This document shows positions 34,726 through 46,725 of a DNA stretch of 64,000 nt, piece by piece. This DNA comes from an uncultured Pseudomonadota bacterium (GTDB lineage: Bacteria > Pseudomonadota > Gammaproteobacteria > Burkholderiales > SG8-39): the NCBI GenBank assembly GCA_963739205.1, contig CAVTZJ010000003.1:385507-449506 (forward strand), given 5' to 3'. The notes under the pieces are model-generated. The model saw nothing but the letters and a program-made list of their open reading frames with translations. It was not told the origin of the DNA and searched no databases. Both the position numbers and the translations under genes were made by a program. Position 1 is the first letter of the stretch. Every line of letters starts with the position of its first letter.

Positions 34726-35420
34726 AACGCGACCAGGAGCTGTGCCTGGGCGTGGAATGCGCCTGGCCAAAATCGAATGCAGCGGTTCGCAGCAAAGGCG
34801 TCGGGCGCCTGCGTCTCGTCCTCGTCGCGCTCCTCGTCGCAACCGGCGGCTGGCAGTTCGCGCGCGGCGCCTGGATCCAGGCCAAGGCCTGGGTCGCTCA
34901 GGTGCTGATCGCACGCGCCTGGGAGCGCACGCTCGCGGGCGAGACGCATGCGAGGCCCTGGCCCTGGGCCGATACCTGGCCGGTCGCACGCCTGTCGGTA
35001 CCGTCGCTCGGCGTCGAGCGCTACGTCCTCGAGGGTGCCGACGGCGCGGCGATGGCATTCGGCCCGGGCCACCTCGGTAACACCGCGCTGCCTGGGGCGC
35101 CCGGCAACAGCGTGATCAGCGGGCATCGCGACACGCACTTCGCATTCCTGCGCGAGCTCGCGCTTGGAACGACGATCGTCGTCCAAACGCCCGACGGCGC
35201 GCGCCACGCATATACGGTACGCCGGATGCGCGTACTCGACCGAAGCGACGGCTGGGTCGCGGCGCAGGGCGGCCCCGCCGGGCTGACGCTCGTGACCTGT
35301 TTTCCCTTCGACGCGCTGCGCGCGGGCGGCGCCGAGCGCTACGTGGTGTGGGCTTACGCCATCGACGAACACAAGGACCGCGGCGGCGAGCGCGCGGATC
35401 GGACTAGCCACCTCCTCTAG
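34722..35420 (+). CDS. sortase (proteobacterial dedicated type)
   Basis: C-terminal part of ORF 34194..35420. There is no in-frame ATG. I start at TTG 34722, 5 nt after GGAGG and overlapping the target stop (TTGA); the alternative is GTG 34752. One N-terminal TM helix, catalytic His in ISGHRDTHF, Cys in LTLVTC, and downstream Arg in ERYVVWA. Confidence 0.8.
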   Translation: MKRDQELCLGVECAWPKSNAAVRSKGVGRLRLVLVALLVATGGWQFARGAWIQAKAWVAQVLIARAWERTLAGETHARPWPWADTWPVARLSVPSLGVERYVLEGADGAAMAFGPGHLGNTALPGAPGNSVISGHRDTHFAFLRELALGTTIVVQTPDGARHAYTVRRMRVLDRSDGWVAAQGGPAGLTLVTCFPFDALRAGGAERYVVWAYAIDEHKDRGGERADRTSHLL

Positions 35421-35453
35421 GGCCGATCCCCGCTCGCGCGCTTCGGCAGGCGC

Positions 35454-36656
35454 TCAGGCGCCGTAGCTGCCGACGATCGTAACCGATGAAACGTTTTGGC
35501 TCGGGAAGCCGCCGAGGTTGTGTGTCATGCCGAGCACCGGCTCGGGCCGCTGGCGCTCGCCGGCGCGACCTGAGAGCTGCAGGTACATCTCGTAGAGCAT
35601 GCGCAGGCCCGAGGCGCCGATCGGATGGCCGAAGCATTTCAGCCCGCCGTCGATCTGGCACGGGATCTTGCCCGAAGCGTCGTAGAAGCCGTCGAGCACG
35701 TCCTTGATCGCCTTGCCCTCCTCCGAAATGCCGAGGTCTTCCATGGTCACCAGCTCGGTGACCGAGAAGCAGTCGTGCACGTCGAACATCGAAATGCGCT
35801 TTCTCGGGTCGTCGATGCCGGCCTCGCGGTAGGCGCGCTTGGCGGCCACGCGCGTGGTGGCGAAATAGGAGCCGTCCCACTCGTCGTACTGCGCTTCCTG
35901 GCCGTTCGAGACCGCGAGCTGTAGCGCCTTCACCGCAACGAGGTCTTTCTTGCCCAGACCGCGCGCGATGTCGGGCGTGGTGACGATCGCGCAGGCCGAG
36001 CCGTCCGAGACGCCGCAGCAGTCGTACAGCCCGAGCGGATCGGCGATCATCGGCGCGTTCAGCACGTCCTCCTCGGTGATCCGGTTCCTCAGGTGCGCCT
36101 TCGGGTTCTTCGCGCCGTTGTCGTGGCTCTTCACCGAGATGTGTGCCATGGCGCGCTTGAGGTCTTTCGCGTCGACGCGGTGCTTGGCGCGGTAGGCCGC
36201 GGCGAGCTGGGCGAAGGAGCCGGGCGCCGAGATGTTCGCCCAGAAGAAGTTGTTCAGCCCGCCGCGGCCGCGCTGCGGCAGACCACCGTAACCGGTGTCC
36301 TTGAGCTTTTCCACGCCGAGCGCGAGCGCGATATCGACCGCGCCGGAGGCCACCGCATAGACCGCCCCGCGAAAGGCCTCGGTCCCGGTGGCGCAGTAGT
36401 TCTCGACGCGCGTCACCGGGATGTAGGGCAAGCGCAGCGTCATTGCGAGCGGCACGCCCGACTTGCCGACGTGCTGCTCCTCGATCGCGGTGCCGAACCA
36501 CGCCGCCTCGATCTGATGGCGCTCGATGCCGGCGTCCTTGAGGCCTTCCTCGAAGGCCTCGACCATCAGGTCCTCGGCGTTGCGGTCCCAGCGCTCGCCG
36601 AACTTCGAGCAGCCCATGCCGAGGATCACCACCTTGTCGCGGATGCCGGTCGCCAT
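35454..36656 (-). CDS. SCP-x-type thiolase-like protein
   Basis: ORF 35454..36725 trimmed to MATGIRDKVVILGMG. Nucleophile Cys in NYCATG and C-terminal CFGHPIGASG / HNLGG motifs. Confidence 0.8.
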   Translation of the reverse strand: MATGIRDKVVILGMGCSKFGERWDRNAEDLMVEAFEEGLKDAGIERHQIEAAWFGTAIEEQHVGKSGVPLAMTLRLPYIPVTRVENYCATGTEAFRGAVYAVASGAVDIALALGVEKLKDTGYGGLPQRGRGGLNNFFWANISAPGSFAQLAAAYRAKHRVDAKDLKRAMAHISVKSHDNGAKNPKAHLRNRITEEDVLNAPMIADPLGLYDCCGVSDGSACAIVTTPDIARGLGKKDLVAVKALQLAVSNGQEAQYDEWDGSYFATTRVAAKRAYREAGIDDPRKRISMFDVHDCFSVTELVTMEDLGISEEGKAIKDVLDGFYDASGKIPCQIDGGLKCFGHPIGASGLRMLYEMYLQLSGRAGERQRPEPVLGMTHNLGGFPSQNVSSVTIVGSYGA

Positions 36657-36666
36657 TTCGGACCTC

Positions 36667-38115
36667 CTACTGGTTTGCTGCCGGTGCGGCCTTCCAAAAG
36701 TATCGCACGAAGCCGCGCGTGGCATCGTGTTCCTTGACGCGGAACATCATGCGCACCGGCATGCCGACTTCGACCTTGCCGTCGTCCACATCGGCGAAGT
36801 CGGCCATCATGCGCCCGCCGCCGTCGAACTGGATCATGCCGTAGTAAGCGGGCGGGTCCGGGCTGTAGGTGAGCACGTCCGCGGTGTACGACATCACCTT
36901 CGCGCCCACTTCCGAGAACGGGTGCGCGTCCTGCGAATCGAGCGCGTTGCACTTCGGGTTGACGCAGTAGCGCCCGCGCGGGAATTGCGGCGTGCCGCAG
37001 TTGCGGCAGCGCCCGCCCACGAGGCCGGTGACCATGTCGCGGTTACGGTACAGCGTCGAGAGCGGCGTGCCCTGGTCGACCTCGGCGCGCATGCCGCGGT
37101 CGAGCGCGATGTGATCGTTGAAAGCGAGGAAGCGCTCGTAGTTCGTTTCTTCCTTGCGGCGCGCGAGCGCGCCCTTCACGCCGCGGCGCGCCGGCAGCCG
37201 GCGCACGGCATCGGTGACCTCGAACAGCAGCGCATCGCAACCCTGGCCGAACGCGGCCACCAGGATCCGGTCGCCCGGCTTGGATTCCTCGAGCGCATGC
37301 GCGAGCATGAGCAGCGGATGCGCCGCGCCGGTGTCGCCGCACATCGCGGCGAGGTTGTCGCGCAGCGCGCTCTCGACGATGCCGGCGCGCTTGGCCACGC
37401 CGGTGGCGACGCGCGGCAGCGTGCAAGGCAGGCAGAACTGCGTCACGGTCTCGGGTGAAGCGCCGCTCGCCTTGAAGAGCGCCGCGAGCGCCGCGGGCAC
37501 GATCTTCATGTAGCCCTCATCGCGGATCCAGCGCTCTTCCCACGCGTAATCGTGCGCGCGGTCGCGGCCGCGGTACTGGTGCACGAAGTCCACCGTCTCG
37601 CTGTGCGCCGCGACGAGGCGCGCGATCGGCGCCCCGCGCCCGACGAGCAGCGCCGCCGCGCCGTCGCCGTAATGCATTTCCTGCGGGCTCGCCGCCTTGG
37701 CGAGCCGGTGCTCGCCTGCCGCGACGAGGACGTTCGCGCCCGTAGCGAGCGCGGTCATCAGCGCCGAACTGCCGGCGCGCTGGCTGCCGGTCACATCAAG
37801 GGCGCGCAGGGCGGAGCCCAAGTGCAGCGCGGTTGCCACGATCCCGGCGTTCTGCCTGTCGTCGTAGGGATGCGTTGTGGAGGCGAGCATCAGCTGGGCC
37901 GGCGCAACGCCGGCCAGGCCGCTGAGACAGTCGCGGGCCGCTTCGACGGCCATGGTGACCGCGTCCTCGTCCCAGTTGGCCATCGCGCGCTCACCCTTGG
38001 CGAGGCCGCGTAACGCCGGATTGAACCAGGTATTCGCCGCGGCGATTGCCTTGCGTTGCAGCCTTCGCCGTGGGAGAAATGCGCCGTAGGAAAGGATTCC
38101 AATATCGTTCGTCAT
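36667..38115 (-). CDS. HMG-CoA-synthase/KAS-III-like domain fused to a DUF35 Zn-ribbon/OB-fold domain
   Basis: ORF 36667..38205 trimmed to MTNDIGILSYGAFLPRRRL. The N-terminal roughly 370 aa align by eye to archaeal HMG-CoA synthase (WDEDAVTMAVEAARD, THPYDD). The C-terminus has CRNCGTPQFPRGRYCVNPKC plus an OB-fold tail, i.e. DUF35. Confidence 0.7.
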   Translation of the reverse strand: MTNDIGILSYGAFLPRRRLQRKAIAAANTWFNPALRGLAKGERAMANWDEDAVTMAVEAARDCLSGLAGVAPAQLMLASTTHPYDDRQNAGIVATALHLGSALRALDVTGSQRAGSSALMTALATGANVLVAAGEHRLAKAASPQEMHYGDGAAALLVGRGAPIARLVAAHSETVDFVHQYRGRDRAHDYAWEERWIRDEGYMKIVPAALAALFKASGASPETVTQFCLPCTLPRVATGVAKRAGIVESALRDNLAAMCGDTGAAHPLLMLAHALEESKPGDRILVAAFGQGCDALLFEVTDAVRRLPARRGVKGALARRKEETNYERFLAFNDHIALDRGMRAEVDQGTPLSTLYRNRDMVTGLVGGRCRNCGTPQFPRGRYCVNPKCNALDSQDAHPFSEVGAKVMSYTADVLTYSPDPPAYYGMIQFDGGGRMMADFADVDDGKVEVGMPVRMMFRVKEHDATRGFVRYFWKAAPAANQ

Positions 38116-38152
38116 GGTGTCCAGGATTATGCAACACTCGCGGTGCGACGCC

Positions 38153-39709
38153 ATGGACGCAGACCGGCTCCATCCCTGCCACCACGCAGCACGAGCGCCC
38201 GACAAGCCAGCCTACGTCATGGCCCGCTCGGGCGAGACGGTCACCTACCGCCAACTCGAGGAGCGCTCCAACCAGGGTGCGCAACTATTCAGGACTTGCG
38301 GCCTCGCGCGCGGCGATCACGTGGCGCTCATGCTGGACAACAGCGCGCGCTACTTCGAGATCTGTTTTGCCGCGCAGCGTTCGGGCCTGCTCTTCACCGC
38401 GATGAGCACGCGGCTTGCGCTGCAGGAAGCCGAGTACATCCTGCGCGATTGCGGTGCCAAGGCATTCATCGTCTCGGCAAGCCTCGCCGAAGCTGCAGCG
38501 GGGCTCGCCGAGCGTGTGCCGCAGCTCGCACTGCGGTTTGCGGTCGGTGGCGCGCTCCCCGGCTACCGGCGCTGGGAGGATGCGGCGGGCGCGCAGCCGC
38601 GCGCTCGCATCGGAGACGAGAGCGCGGGGCGCGACATGCTTTACTCTTCCGGCACGACGGGCCGCCCCAAAGGCATCAAGACCGAGCTTCTCGACGAGGC
38701 GATCGACGCCCCCACGCCGCTGCTCGCACTCGCCAGGAAGCTGTACGGCCTGGGCCCGGACTCGGTCTACCTCTCGCCCGCGCCCCTTTATCACGCGGCG
38801 CCGCTGCGCTTCAACATGACGGTCATGCGTTGCGGAGGAACCTCGGTATTGATGGAGCACTTCGATGCGGAGGAAGCGCTGGCGCTCATCGAGCGGCACC
38901 GCGTTACGCACAGCCAGTGGGTGCCGACCATGTTCGTGCGCATGTTGAAACTTCCGGCGCAAGTGCGCGCACGCTACGACGTGAGCTCGCTCAAAGTCGC
39001 GATCCACGCCGCTGCGCCATGTCCCGTACCGGTGAAGGAAGAGATGATCCGCTGGTGGGGTCCCGTGCTGTACGAGTACTACGCGGGCACCGAGGGCAAC
39101 GGCTACGTTGCCTGCAATTCGCAGGAGTGGCTCGCGCACAAGGGCACGGTCGGTCGCGCGCTGCTGGGCGAAGTGCGCGTCCTTGACGACGAGGGCAGGC
39201 CGCTACCGCCGGGGGAGACAGGGACCATCTATTTCGCGAACGGTCCCGCGTTCGAGTATCACAACGACCCCAAGAAGACCGCTGCCTCGCGCAGCCAGGA
39301 GGGCTGGTCGACGCTTAGCGACGTCGGGCACCTGGACGGCGAAGGCTACCTCTACCTCTCGGACCGCAAGGACTACATGATCATCAGCGGCGGGGTGAAC
39401 GTCTACCCGCAGGAGGTCGAGAACCTGCTCGTCACCCATCCGAAGGTCGCGGACGTCGCCGTGCTCGGCGTGCCGAACGAAGACTTGGGCGAGGAGGTGA
39501 AGGCGGTCGTGCAGCCGATCGACTGGCGCGAGGCTGGTCCCGCGCTCGCGGCAGAACTGATGGCCTACTGCCGCGACAACCTCTCGCATATCAAGTGCCC
39601 GCGCTCGGTCGATTTCGAGCGCGAGCTGCCGCGCCACCCTACGGGAAAGCTGTACAAGCGCCTGCTGCGCGAGCGCTACCGCGGCGCCGCGGTGCGCGCA
39701 GGCACCTGA
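38153..39709 (+). CDS. AMP-dependent acyl-CoA synthetase
   Basis: ORF 38114..39709. The start is uncertain (ATG at 38114, 38129 or 38153); I prefer 38153 to avoid overlapping the divergent gene's start. Motifs YSSGTTGRPKGI and GKLYKRLLRE. Confidence 0.75.
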   Translation: MDADRLHPCHHAARAPDKPAYVMARSGETVTYRQLEERSNQGAQLFRTCGLARGDHVALMLDNSARYFEICFAAQRSGLLFTAMSTRLALQEAEYILRDCGAKAFIVSASLAEAAAGLAERVPQLALRFAVGGALPGYRRWEDAAGAQPRARIGDESAGRDMLYSSGTTGRPKGIKTELLDEAIDAPTPLLALARKLYGLGPDSVYLSPAPLYHAAPLRFNMTVMRCGGTSVLMEHFDAEEALALIERHRVTHSQWVPTMFVRMLKLPAQVRARYDVSSLKVAIHAAAPCPVPVKEEMIRWWGPVLYEYYAGTEGNGYVACNSQEWLAHKGTVGRALLGEVRVLDDEGRPLPPGETGTIYFANGPAFEYHNDPKKTAASRSQEGWSTLSDVGHLDGEGYLYLSDRKDYMIISGGVNVYPQEVENLLVTHPKVADVAVLGVPNEDLGEEVKAVVQPIDWREAGPALAAELMAYCRDNLSHIKCPRSVDFERELPRHPTGKLYKRLLRERYRGAAVRAGT

Positions 39710-39712
39710 GCG

Positions 39713-40132
39713 TCACTTCCTGCGCAGCTTGCGGATCGCCGCGAGCTGCGCCGCGAGCATCGAAAGCTCCGCTTCGACGGTCGCGACTTCTTCCTTGTCC
39801 TTCGCCTTCGCGCGCGCTTCGGCCGCGCGCTTTTGCGCCTCGAGCGCTTTCGCCTCGTCCAGGTCGTGGCCGCGTATCGCGGTGTCGGCCAGCACCGTCA
39901 CGAGCTGCGGCTGAATCTCGAGGATGCCGCCGGCGACGAAGATCAGCTGCTCCTCGCCGCCGCCCGCCGGAGTGATGCGCACCGTGCCGGGACGGATGCG
40001 GGTGATGAGCGGCGTGTGGCGCGGGTAGACGCCGAGCTCGCCGACCTCGCCCGGCAGCACGACGAACTCCGCCTCGCCAGAGAAGATGGATTCTTCCGCG
40101 CTGACCACGTCGACGTGCATGGTGGTTGCCAT
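39713..40132 (-). CDS. atpC: F1 ATP synthase epsilon subunit
   Basis: 139 aa, [19 protein letters not shown]. Last gene of the atp operon. Confidence 0.92.
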   Translation of the reverse strand: MATTMHVDVVSAEESIFSGEAEFVVLPGEVGELGVYPRHTPLITRIRPGTVRITPAGGGEEQLIFVAGGILEIQPQLVTVLADTAIRGHDLDEAKALEAQKRAAEARAKAKDKEEVATVEAELSMLAAQLAAIRKLRRK

Positions 40133-40143
40133 GTGGGCTCGCC

Positions 40144-41583
<1,440 letters not shown>

Positions 41584-41599
41584 CTAGACCTAGATTTCG

Positions 41600-42463
41600 T
41601 TATACGGCGGCCGCGCCGCCGACGATTTCCGAGAGTTCCTTCGTGATCCCGGCTTGCCGGTTCTTGTTGTAGATCAGCGTGAGCTCGTCGATCAGAGTGT
41701 CGGCGTTGTCCGACGCGGCCTTCATCGCCACCATGCGTGCCGACTGCTCCGAGGCCATGTTTTCCGCCAGCGCCTGCACGATGATCCACTCGATATAGCG
41801 CGTCAGCACCTGCTCGAGGACGCTCTGCGCCTCCGGCTCGTACAGGTAGTCCCAGGCCCCCTCGGGCGCACCCATGCGCTCGCCGCTTAGCGGCAGGAGC
41901 TGTTCCATGACCGGCTCCTGCTTCATGGTGTTAATGAAGCGCGTGTACGCGATCATGACCCTGTCGAAGCGGTTCTCGACATAGCCTTCGAGCATCACGC
42001 GCACTGCGCCGATCAGCTTGTCCAGCTGCGGACGATCGCCGAGCTGCACCACCTGCGAGACGACGTTGGCGCCCAAGCGCTGCATGAAGCCCAGCCCCTT
42101 GTTCCCGAGGCAGCAGACTTCGATCTGTTCGCCCTGCGCCTGCCACTCCTTGTAGCCGTTCAGCACCATGCGCTGGACGTTAGTGTTCAGTCCCCCGCAG
42201 AGCCCCTTGTCGGTGGTGATCAGGATCAGGCCGACGCCCTTGACCGAATCGCGGTCCACGAGGAACGGGTGCCGGTATTCCGGATTGGCGTGGCTGATAT
42301 GCGCCGCGACATTGCGGATCTTCTCGCCATAGGGCCGCGTCGCGCGCATGCGCTCCTGCGCCTTGCGCATCTTCGAGGCGGAAACCATCTCCATCGCCTT
42401 CGTGATCTTCCGAGTGTTCTGCACACTCTTGATCTTGTTGCGGATCTCTTTGGTGCCCGGCAT
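41600..42463 (-). CDS. atpG: F1 ATP synthase gamma subunit
   Basis: ORF 41600..42538 trimmed to [36 protein letters not shown]. Confidence 0.93.
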   Translation of the reverse strand: MPGTKEIRNKIKSVQNTRKITKAMEMVSASKMRKAQERMRATRPYGEKIRNVAAHISHANPEYRHPFLVDRDSVKGVGLILITTDKGLCGGLNTNVQRMVLNGYKEWQAQGEQIEVCCLGNKGLGFMQRLGANVVSQVVQLGDRPQLDKLIGAVRVMLEGYVENRFDRVMIAYTRFINTMKQEPVMEQLLPLSGERMGAPEGAWDYLYEPEAQSVLEQVLTRYIEWIIVQALAENMASEQSARMVAMKAASDNADTLIDELTLIYNKNRQAGITKELSEIVGGAAAV

Positions 42464-42479
42464 GGCGCTTACCCCCGGC

Positions 42480-44027
42480 TCAGAACGTGCCGTTCTTCTT
42501 CCAGTCCTCGATCGCGGCCTTGAGTGCCTTCTCGTCATCCGTGGAGAGGTCCTTCTTGTCCTCCATGCGCTTGACTAGATCGGCGTACTTGTCCTTGATG
42601 TAGTCGCGCATCGACTTCTCCGCGGCCAGCGCCTTTTTCACCTCGATATCGTCGAAATACGCGTTGTTCACGGCGAACAGCGTCAGCGCCATCTCCCAGA
42701 CCTGAAGCGGGGAATACTGCGGCTGCTTCATGAGCTCGGTGACCATGCGCCCGCGCTCGAGCTGCTTGCGCGTAGCTTCGTCCAGGTCCGAGGCGAATTG
42801 CGCGAAGGCAGCGAGCTCGCGGTACTGGGCAAGCGCCAGGCGAACGCCGCCGCCGGTGTCGCGGCGCTTCATGATCTTGGTCTGGGCAGCACCGCCCACG
42901 CGCGACACCGAGATGCCGGCGTTGATCGCGGGCCGGATGCCGGCGTTGAACAAATCCGACTCGAGGAAGATCTGGCCGTCGGTGATCGAGATGACGTTCG
43001 TCGGCACGAACGCCGTCACGTCACCCGCTTGCGTCTCGATGATCGGCAGCGCAGTAAGCGAGCCGGTCTTGCCCTTGACCTTGCCCTTGGTGAAGCGCTC
43101 GACATACTCCTCGTTAACGCGCGCGGCGCGCTCGAGCAGGCGGCTGTGCAGATAGAACACGTCGCCGGGGTAGGCTTCGCGCCCTGGCGGGCGGCGCAAC
43201 AGCAGCGACACCTGGCGATACGCCCAAGCCTGCTTGGTCAGGTCGTCGTAGATGATGAGCGCGTCCTGGCCGCGATCGCGGAAGTACTCCCCCATCGTGC
43301 AGCCCGAGTAAGGCGCGATGTATTGCATGGCAGCCGACTCGGAGGCCGACGCCGCCACCACGATGGTGTACTCCATCGCGCCATGCTCTTCCAGCTTTCG
43401 GACTACGTTGGCGATGGTCGAGGCTTTCTGGCCGACTGCGACGTAAACGCAGAACAGGTCCTTGCCCTTCTGGTTGATGATGGTGTCGACCGCGACCGCC
43501 GTCTTGCCCGTCTGGCGGTCACCGATGATCAGCTCGCGCTGCCCGCGGCCGACCGGCACCATGGCGTCGATCGCCTTGAGTCCTGTCTGCACCGGTTGCG
43601 ACACGGACTTCCTCCAGATCACGCCCGGCGCGACCTTCTCTATGACGTCGGTCTCCTTCGCGTTGACCGGGCCTTTGCCGTCGATCGGCTGGCCGAGCGA
43701 GTTCACTACTCGTCCGAGCAGCTCGGGGCCGACCGGCACGGACAGGATGTTGCTCGTGCACTTGACCGTGTCGCCCTCGGTGATGTGCTCGTACTCGCCG
43801 AGAATCACCGCGCCGACAGAGTCGCGTTCCAGGTTGAGCGCCAGGCCGAAGGTGTTTTTCGGGAACGCAAGCATCTCGCCCTGCATGACGTCGGACAGGC
43901 CGTGAACGCGGCAGATGCCATCGGTCACCGACACGACGGTGCCCTCCGTGCGCATCTCCGCGCCGGCATCGAGTTTCTGAATCCGGCTCTTGATCAGTTC
44001 CGATATTTCGGACGGATTGAGTTGCAT
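42480..44027 (-). CDS. atpA: F1 ATP synthase alpha subunit
   Basis: 515 aa, Walker A GDRQTGKT, conserved throughout. Confidence 0.97.
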   Translation of the reverse strand: MQLNPSEISELIKSRIQKLDAGAEMRTEGTVVSVTDGICRVHGLSDVMQGEMLAFPKNTFGLALNLERDSVGAVILGEYEHITEGDTVKCTSNILSVPVGPELLGRVVNSLGQPIDGKGPVNAKETDVIEKVAPGVIWRKSVSQPVQTGLKAIDAMVPVGRGQRELIIGDRQTGKTAVAVDTIINQKGKDLFCVYVAVGQKASTIANVVRKLEEHGAMEYTIVVAASASESAAMQYIAPYSGCTMGEYFRDRGQDALIIYDDLTKQAWAYRQVSLLLRRPPGREAYPGDVFYLHSRLLERAARVNEEYVERFTKGKVKGKTGSLTALPIIETQAGDVTAFVPTNVISITDGQIFLESDLFNAGIRPAINAGISVSRVGGAAQTKIMKRRDTGGGVRLALAQYRELAAFAQFASDLDEATRKQLERGRMVTELMKQPQYSPLQVWEMALTLFAVNNAYFDDIEVKKALAAEKSMRDYIKDKYADLVKRMEDKKDLSTDDEKALKAAIEDWKKNGTF

Positions 44028-44043
44028 GAGGATTCCTTGGTAG

Positions 44044-44580
44044 CTAAGCCTTCAATGCGCTCTCGAGCGCGCTGAGCTGCGCGCGCACGGAGGCGTCAAT
44101 AACCTTGTCGCCGATCACGACACGTACGCCGCCGATCAGCTCCTTGTCCAGGCCCACGCGGGCGCGGACCTTACGGCCTGTGTGCTTTTCGAGCAGCTTG
44201 GTGAGTTCAGATCGCTGCGCGGCGTCGAGCTCGAACGCAGAAATAATCTCGGCTTCGACCACGCCTTCGCGCTCGTCCTTGAGCGCCTCGAACTGGACCC
44301 TGATCTCGGGGAGCAACTCCAGACGAGTGTTCTCCGCCAGCACGCGCACCAGGTTCTCCGCTTCGCCAGTCAGCTTTCCGGCCAGAATCGAAATGAACAC
44401 GCCCGCCACTTTCGGCGCCAGCATGTTCGGATCGGCAATGGCCGCTTTCACCCTGTCGTTAGCGGCGACCTCCGCCAGCGCGGCGAGCATGGCGGCCCAC
44501 TCAGGGAGCTTGCCCGACGAGTCGGCGATCCTGAACGCCGCTTCCGCGTAGGGCCTTGCGATGGTGCTGCGCTCGGCCAT
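44044..44580 (-). CDS. atpH: F1 ATP synthase delta subunit
   Basis: 178 aa, [16 protein letters not shown] (OSCP/delta N-terminus). Position in operon. Confidence 0.9.
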   Translation of the reverse strand: MAERSTIARPYAEAAFRIADSSGKLPEWAAMLAALAEVAANDRVKAAIADPNMLAPKVAGVFISILAGKLTGEAENLVRVLAENTRLELLPEIRVQFEALKDEREGVVEAEIISAFELDAAQRSELTKLLEKHTGRKVRARVGLDKELIGGVRVVIGDKVIDASVRAQLSALESALKA

Positions 44581-44583
44581 GGA

Positions 44584-45054
44584 TCAGAGTTGCGCCTTGA
44601 TCGACTCGAGCAACTGCGCGTGCGCCTTCGCGTCGACTTCGCGGCGCAGGATCTTCTCGGCGCCTGCGACGGCAAGCGACGCGACCTGCTCGCGCAGCTG
44701 CTCGCGGGCGCGTGAGACTTCCTGCTGGATGTCAGCCTTGGCGGCGGCCTTCTCGCGCGCGCCCTCGTCTCGGGCCGCGAGCTTCGCTTCCTCGACAAGC
44801 TGCGCGGCGCGCTTCTCCGCCTGGGCAACGATGTCGGCCGCGCGTCCACGCGCTTCCTCGATCATCTGCCCGGCTTCCCGCGTCGATATTTCGAGCGACT
44901 TCCTGCCCTCTTCGCCGGCCGCGAGGCCGTCGGCGATCTGCTTCTGCCGATTCTCGATGGCGCGCAGCAGCGGCGGCCACACGAACCTGACCGTGAACCA
45001 GATGAACAGCGCGAAGGCGGCGGCTTGCGTAAACAAGCTCAGATTGATGTTCAT
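44584..45054 (-). CDS. atpF: F0 ATP synthase subunit b
   Basis: 156 aa with one N-terminal TM helix, then a long charged Ala/Glu/Arg-rich helix. Position in operon. Confidence 0.9.
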   Translation of the reverse strand: MNINLSLFTQAAAFALFIWFTVRFVWPPLLRAIENRQKQIADGLAAGEEGRKSLEISTREAGQMIEEARGRAADIVAQAEKRAAQLVEEAKLAARDEGAREKAAAKADIQQEVSRAREQLREQVASLAVAGAEKILRREVDAKAHAQLLESIKAQL

Positions 45055-45094
45055 GCCTGCCCCTCACTTCCTGATGAATAGGTCGCGTCGCGCC

Positions 45095-45379
<285 letters not shown>

Positions 45380-45410
45380 TCAAGAGCGAAAATGGGGTAA
45401 CCGATGAAAA

Positions 45411-46220
45411 TCAGTGATGCTCGTGCGCCATCGAGATGTACGCCACGGTGAGCATCATGAAGATGAACGCCTGTATCACGACGATCAGGATATGGAAGAT
45501 CGCCCACCCGAGCCCGAGCACCGTGCCGAAGAAGGTTCCCACCAGCCCGGTGGCGGCCCACACCCAGAGCAGCAAGAAGATGATCTCCCCGGCGAACATG
45601 TTGCCGAACAATCGCAAGGAGTGCGACAGCGGCTTCGATACGTACTCCACCACGTTGAATGCAAAATTCGCCGGCCACAGCAGCGGGTTGGACCCGAAGG
45701 GGGCGCAGAACAGCTCGTGAATCCAGCCACCGAGACCCTTCGATTTGATCGAGAAGTAAATCATCAGCGCCCAGACCGATAGCGCCAGCGCGAACGTCGT
45801 GTTGACGTCGGCAGTCGGGACCGGGCGCCACTCGGGCAAGCCGAGCGCGCCGAGCCCCTTGGAGATGAAATCGACGGGCAACCAGTCCATCGCGTTCATC
45901 AGCAGCACCCACACAAACACCGTTAGCGCGGCGGGCGCGACGAACTTGTTACGGTCGCCATGCGTGAACATGCCCTTCACCTGGTCATCGATGAACCCGA
46001 ACGCGAGTTCGACAAACGCCTGCCGCTTGTTCGGCACGCCGGAAGTCGCGCCGCGCACGATCCACCAGAAGAAGGCCATTCCAAGCACGCCGAGGATCAC
46101 GGAGGTGACCAAGGTATCGACGTGCACCACCCAGAAACTCCCCTCGCCGACGGGCTTGGCGAGGAAGGTCAGATGGTGGCCGATGTACTCGGAGGGGGTT
46201 AGTTCGGCGCCGGCAGACAT
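45411..46220 (-). CDS. atpB: F0 ATP synthase subunit a
   Basis: 269 aa, with [14 protein letters not shown] containing the essential Arg. Confidence 0.93.
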   Translation of the reverse strand: MSAGAELTPSEYIGHHLTFLAKPVGEGSFWVVHVDTLVTSVILGVLGMAFFWWIVRGATSGVPNKRQAFVELAFGFIDDQVKGMFTHGDRNKFVAPAALTVFVWVLLMNAMDWLPVDFISKGLGALGLPEWRPVPTADVNTTFALALSVWALMIYFSIKSKGLGGWIHELFCAPFGSNPLLWPANFAFNVVEYVSKPLSHSLRLFGNMFAGEIIFLLLWVWAATGLVGTFFGTVLGLGWAIFHILIVVIQAFIFMMLTVAYISMAHEHH

Positions 46221-46255
46221 GACTTAACCGTGTTCCACTTTCCAGTCGGTGCGAC

Positions 46256-46684
46256 CTAACGGTCGCGTACTACTACTGCCAGGGAGAAGATCAGGGCCGT
46301 CACCATGAACGTCCCGAGAAAGGCGAGCGTTACGACATTCTTGTACGCCGCCAGCACGAGCCACAGGAGGATTACGATCAGGCCGATCTTGATGCCTTCG
46401 GCGCGCAGCGCCCCGATCAGGACTCCCCCTGCAGACTCAGTCTTCCCCAACGAAGCAACGGTTCCGGAGGCGAGCCCCGCGCATACGCTGACCATTCCGC
46501 CGAGGGCGGCCGAGAACGCGCCGTGCGTACCCACCGCGACCGCAGCGACCAGAGTCAGCGCTGCGGTGACCACCAATTGCCAGCGCAGAACCGTACGGAT
46601 CGGCTTGCCCAGGCTGCGAAGCATGGCTTTGAATTCCCCCGCGCCCAGCAAAGCGCGCGGAGTATAGCGTTCAAGGTGTTTCAT
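46256..46684 (-). CDS. atpI: ATP synthase protein I
   Basis: ORF 46256..46714 trimmed to MKHLERY. Small polytopic protein heading the atp operon. Start uncertain. Confidence 0.7.
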   Translation of the reverse strand: MKHLERYTPRALLGAGEFKAMLRSLGKPIRTVLRWQLVVTAALTLVAAVAVGTHGAFSAALGGMVSVCAGLASGTVASLGKTESAGGVLIGALRAEGIKIGLIVILLWLVLAAYKNVVTLAFLGTFMVTALIFSLAVVVRDR

Positions 46685-46725
46685 GGTCAATGTGTTGCGA
46701 CGCACCAACCGCAAGGCCTTGCGCC

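Noticed and set aside
46709-46722. 14-bp palindrome CGCAAGGCCTTGCG just downstream of parB as a terminator
   Set aside because: It has no adequate loop and no U-run on the transcribed strand, so I do not call it a terminator. It might be a weak structural element only.
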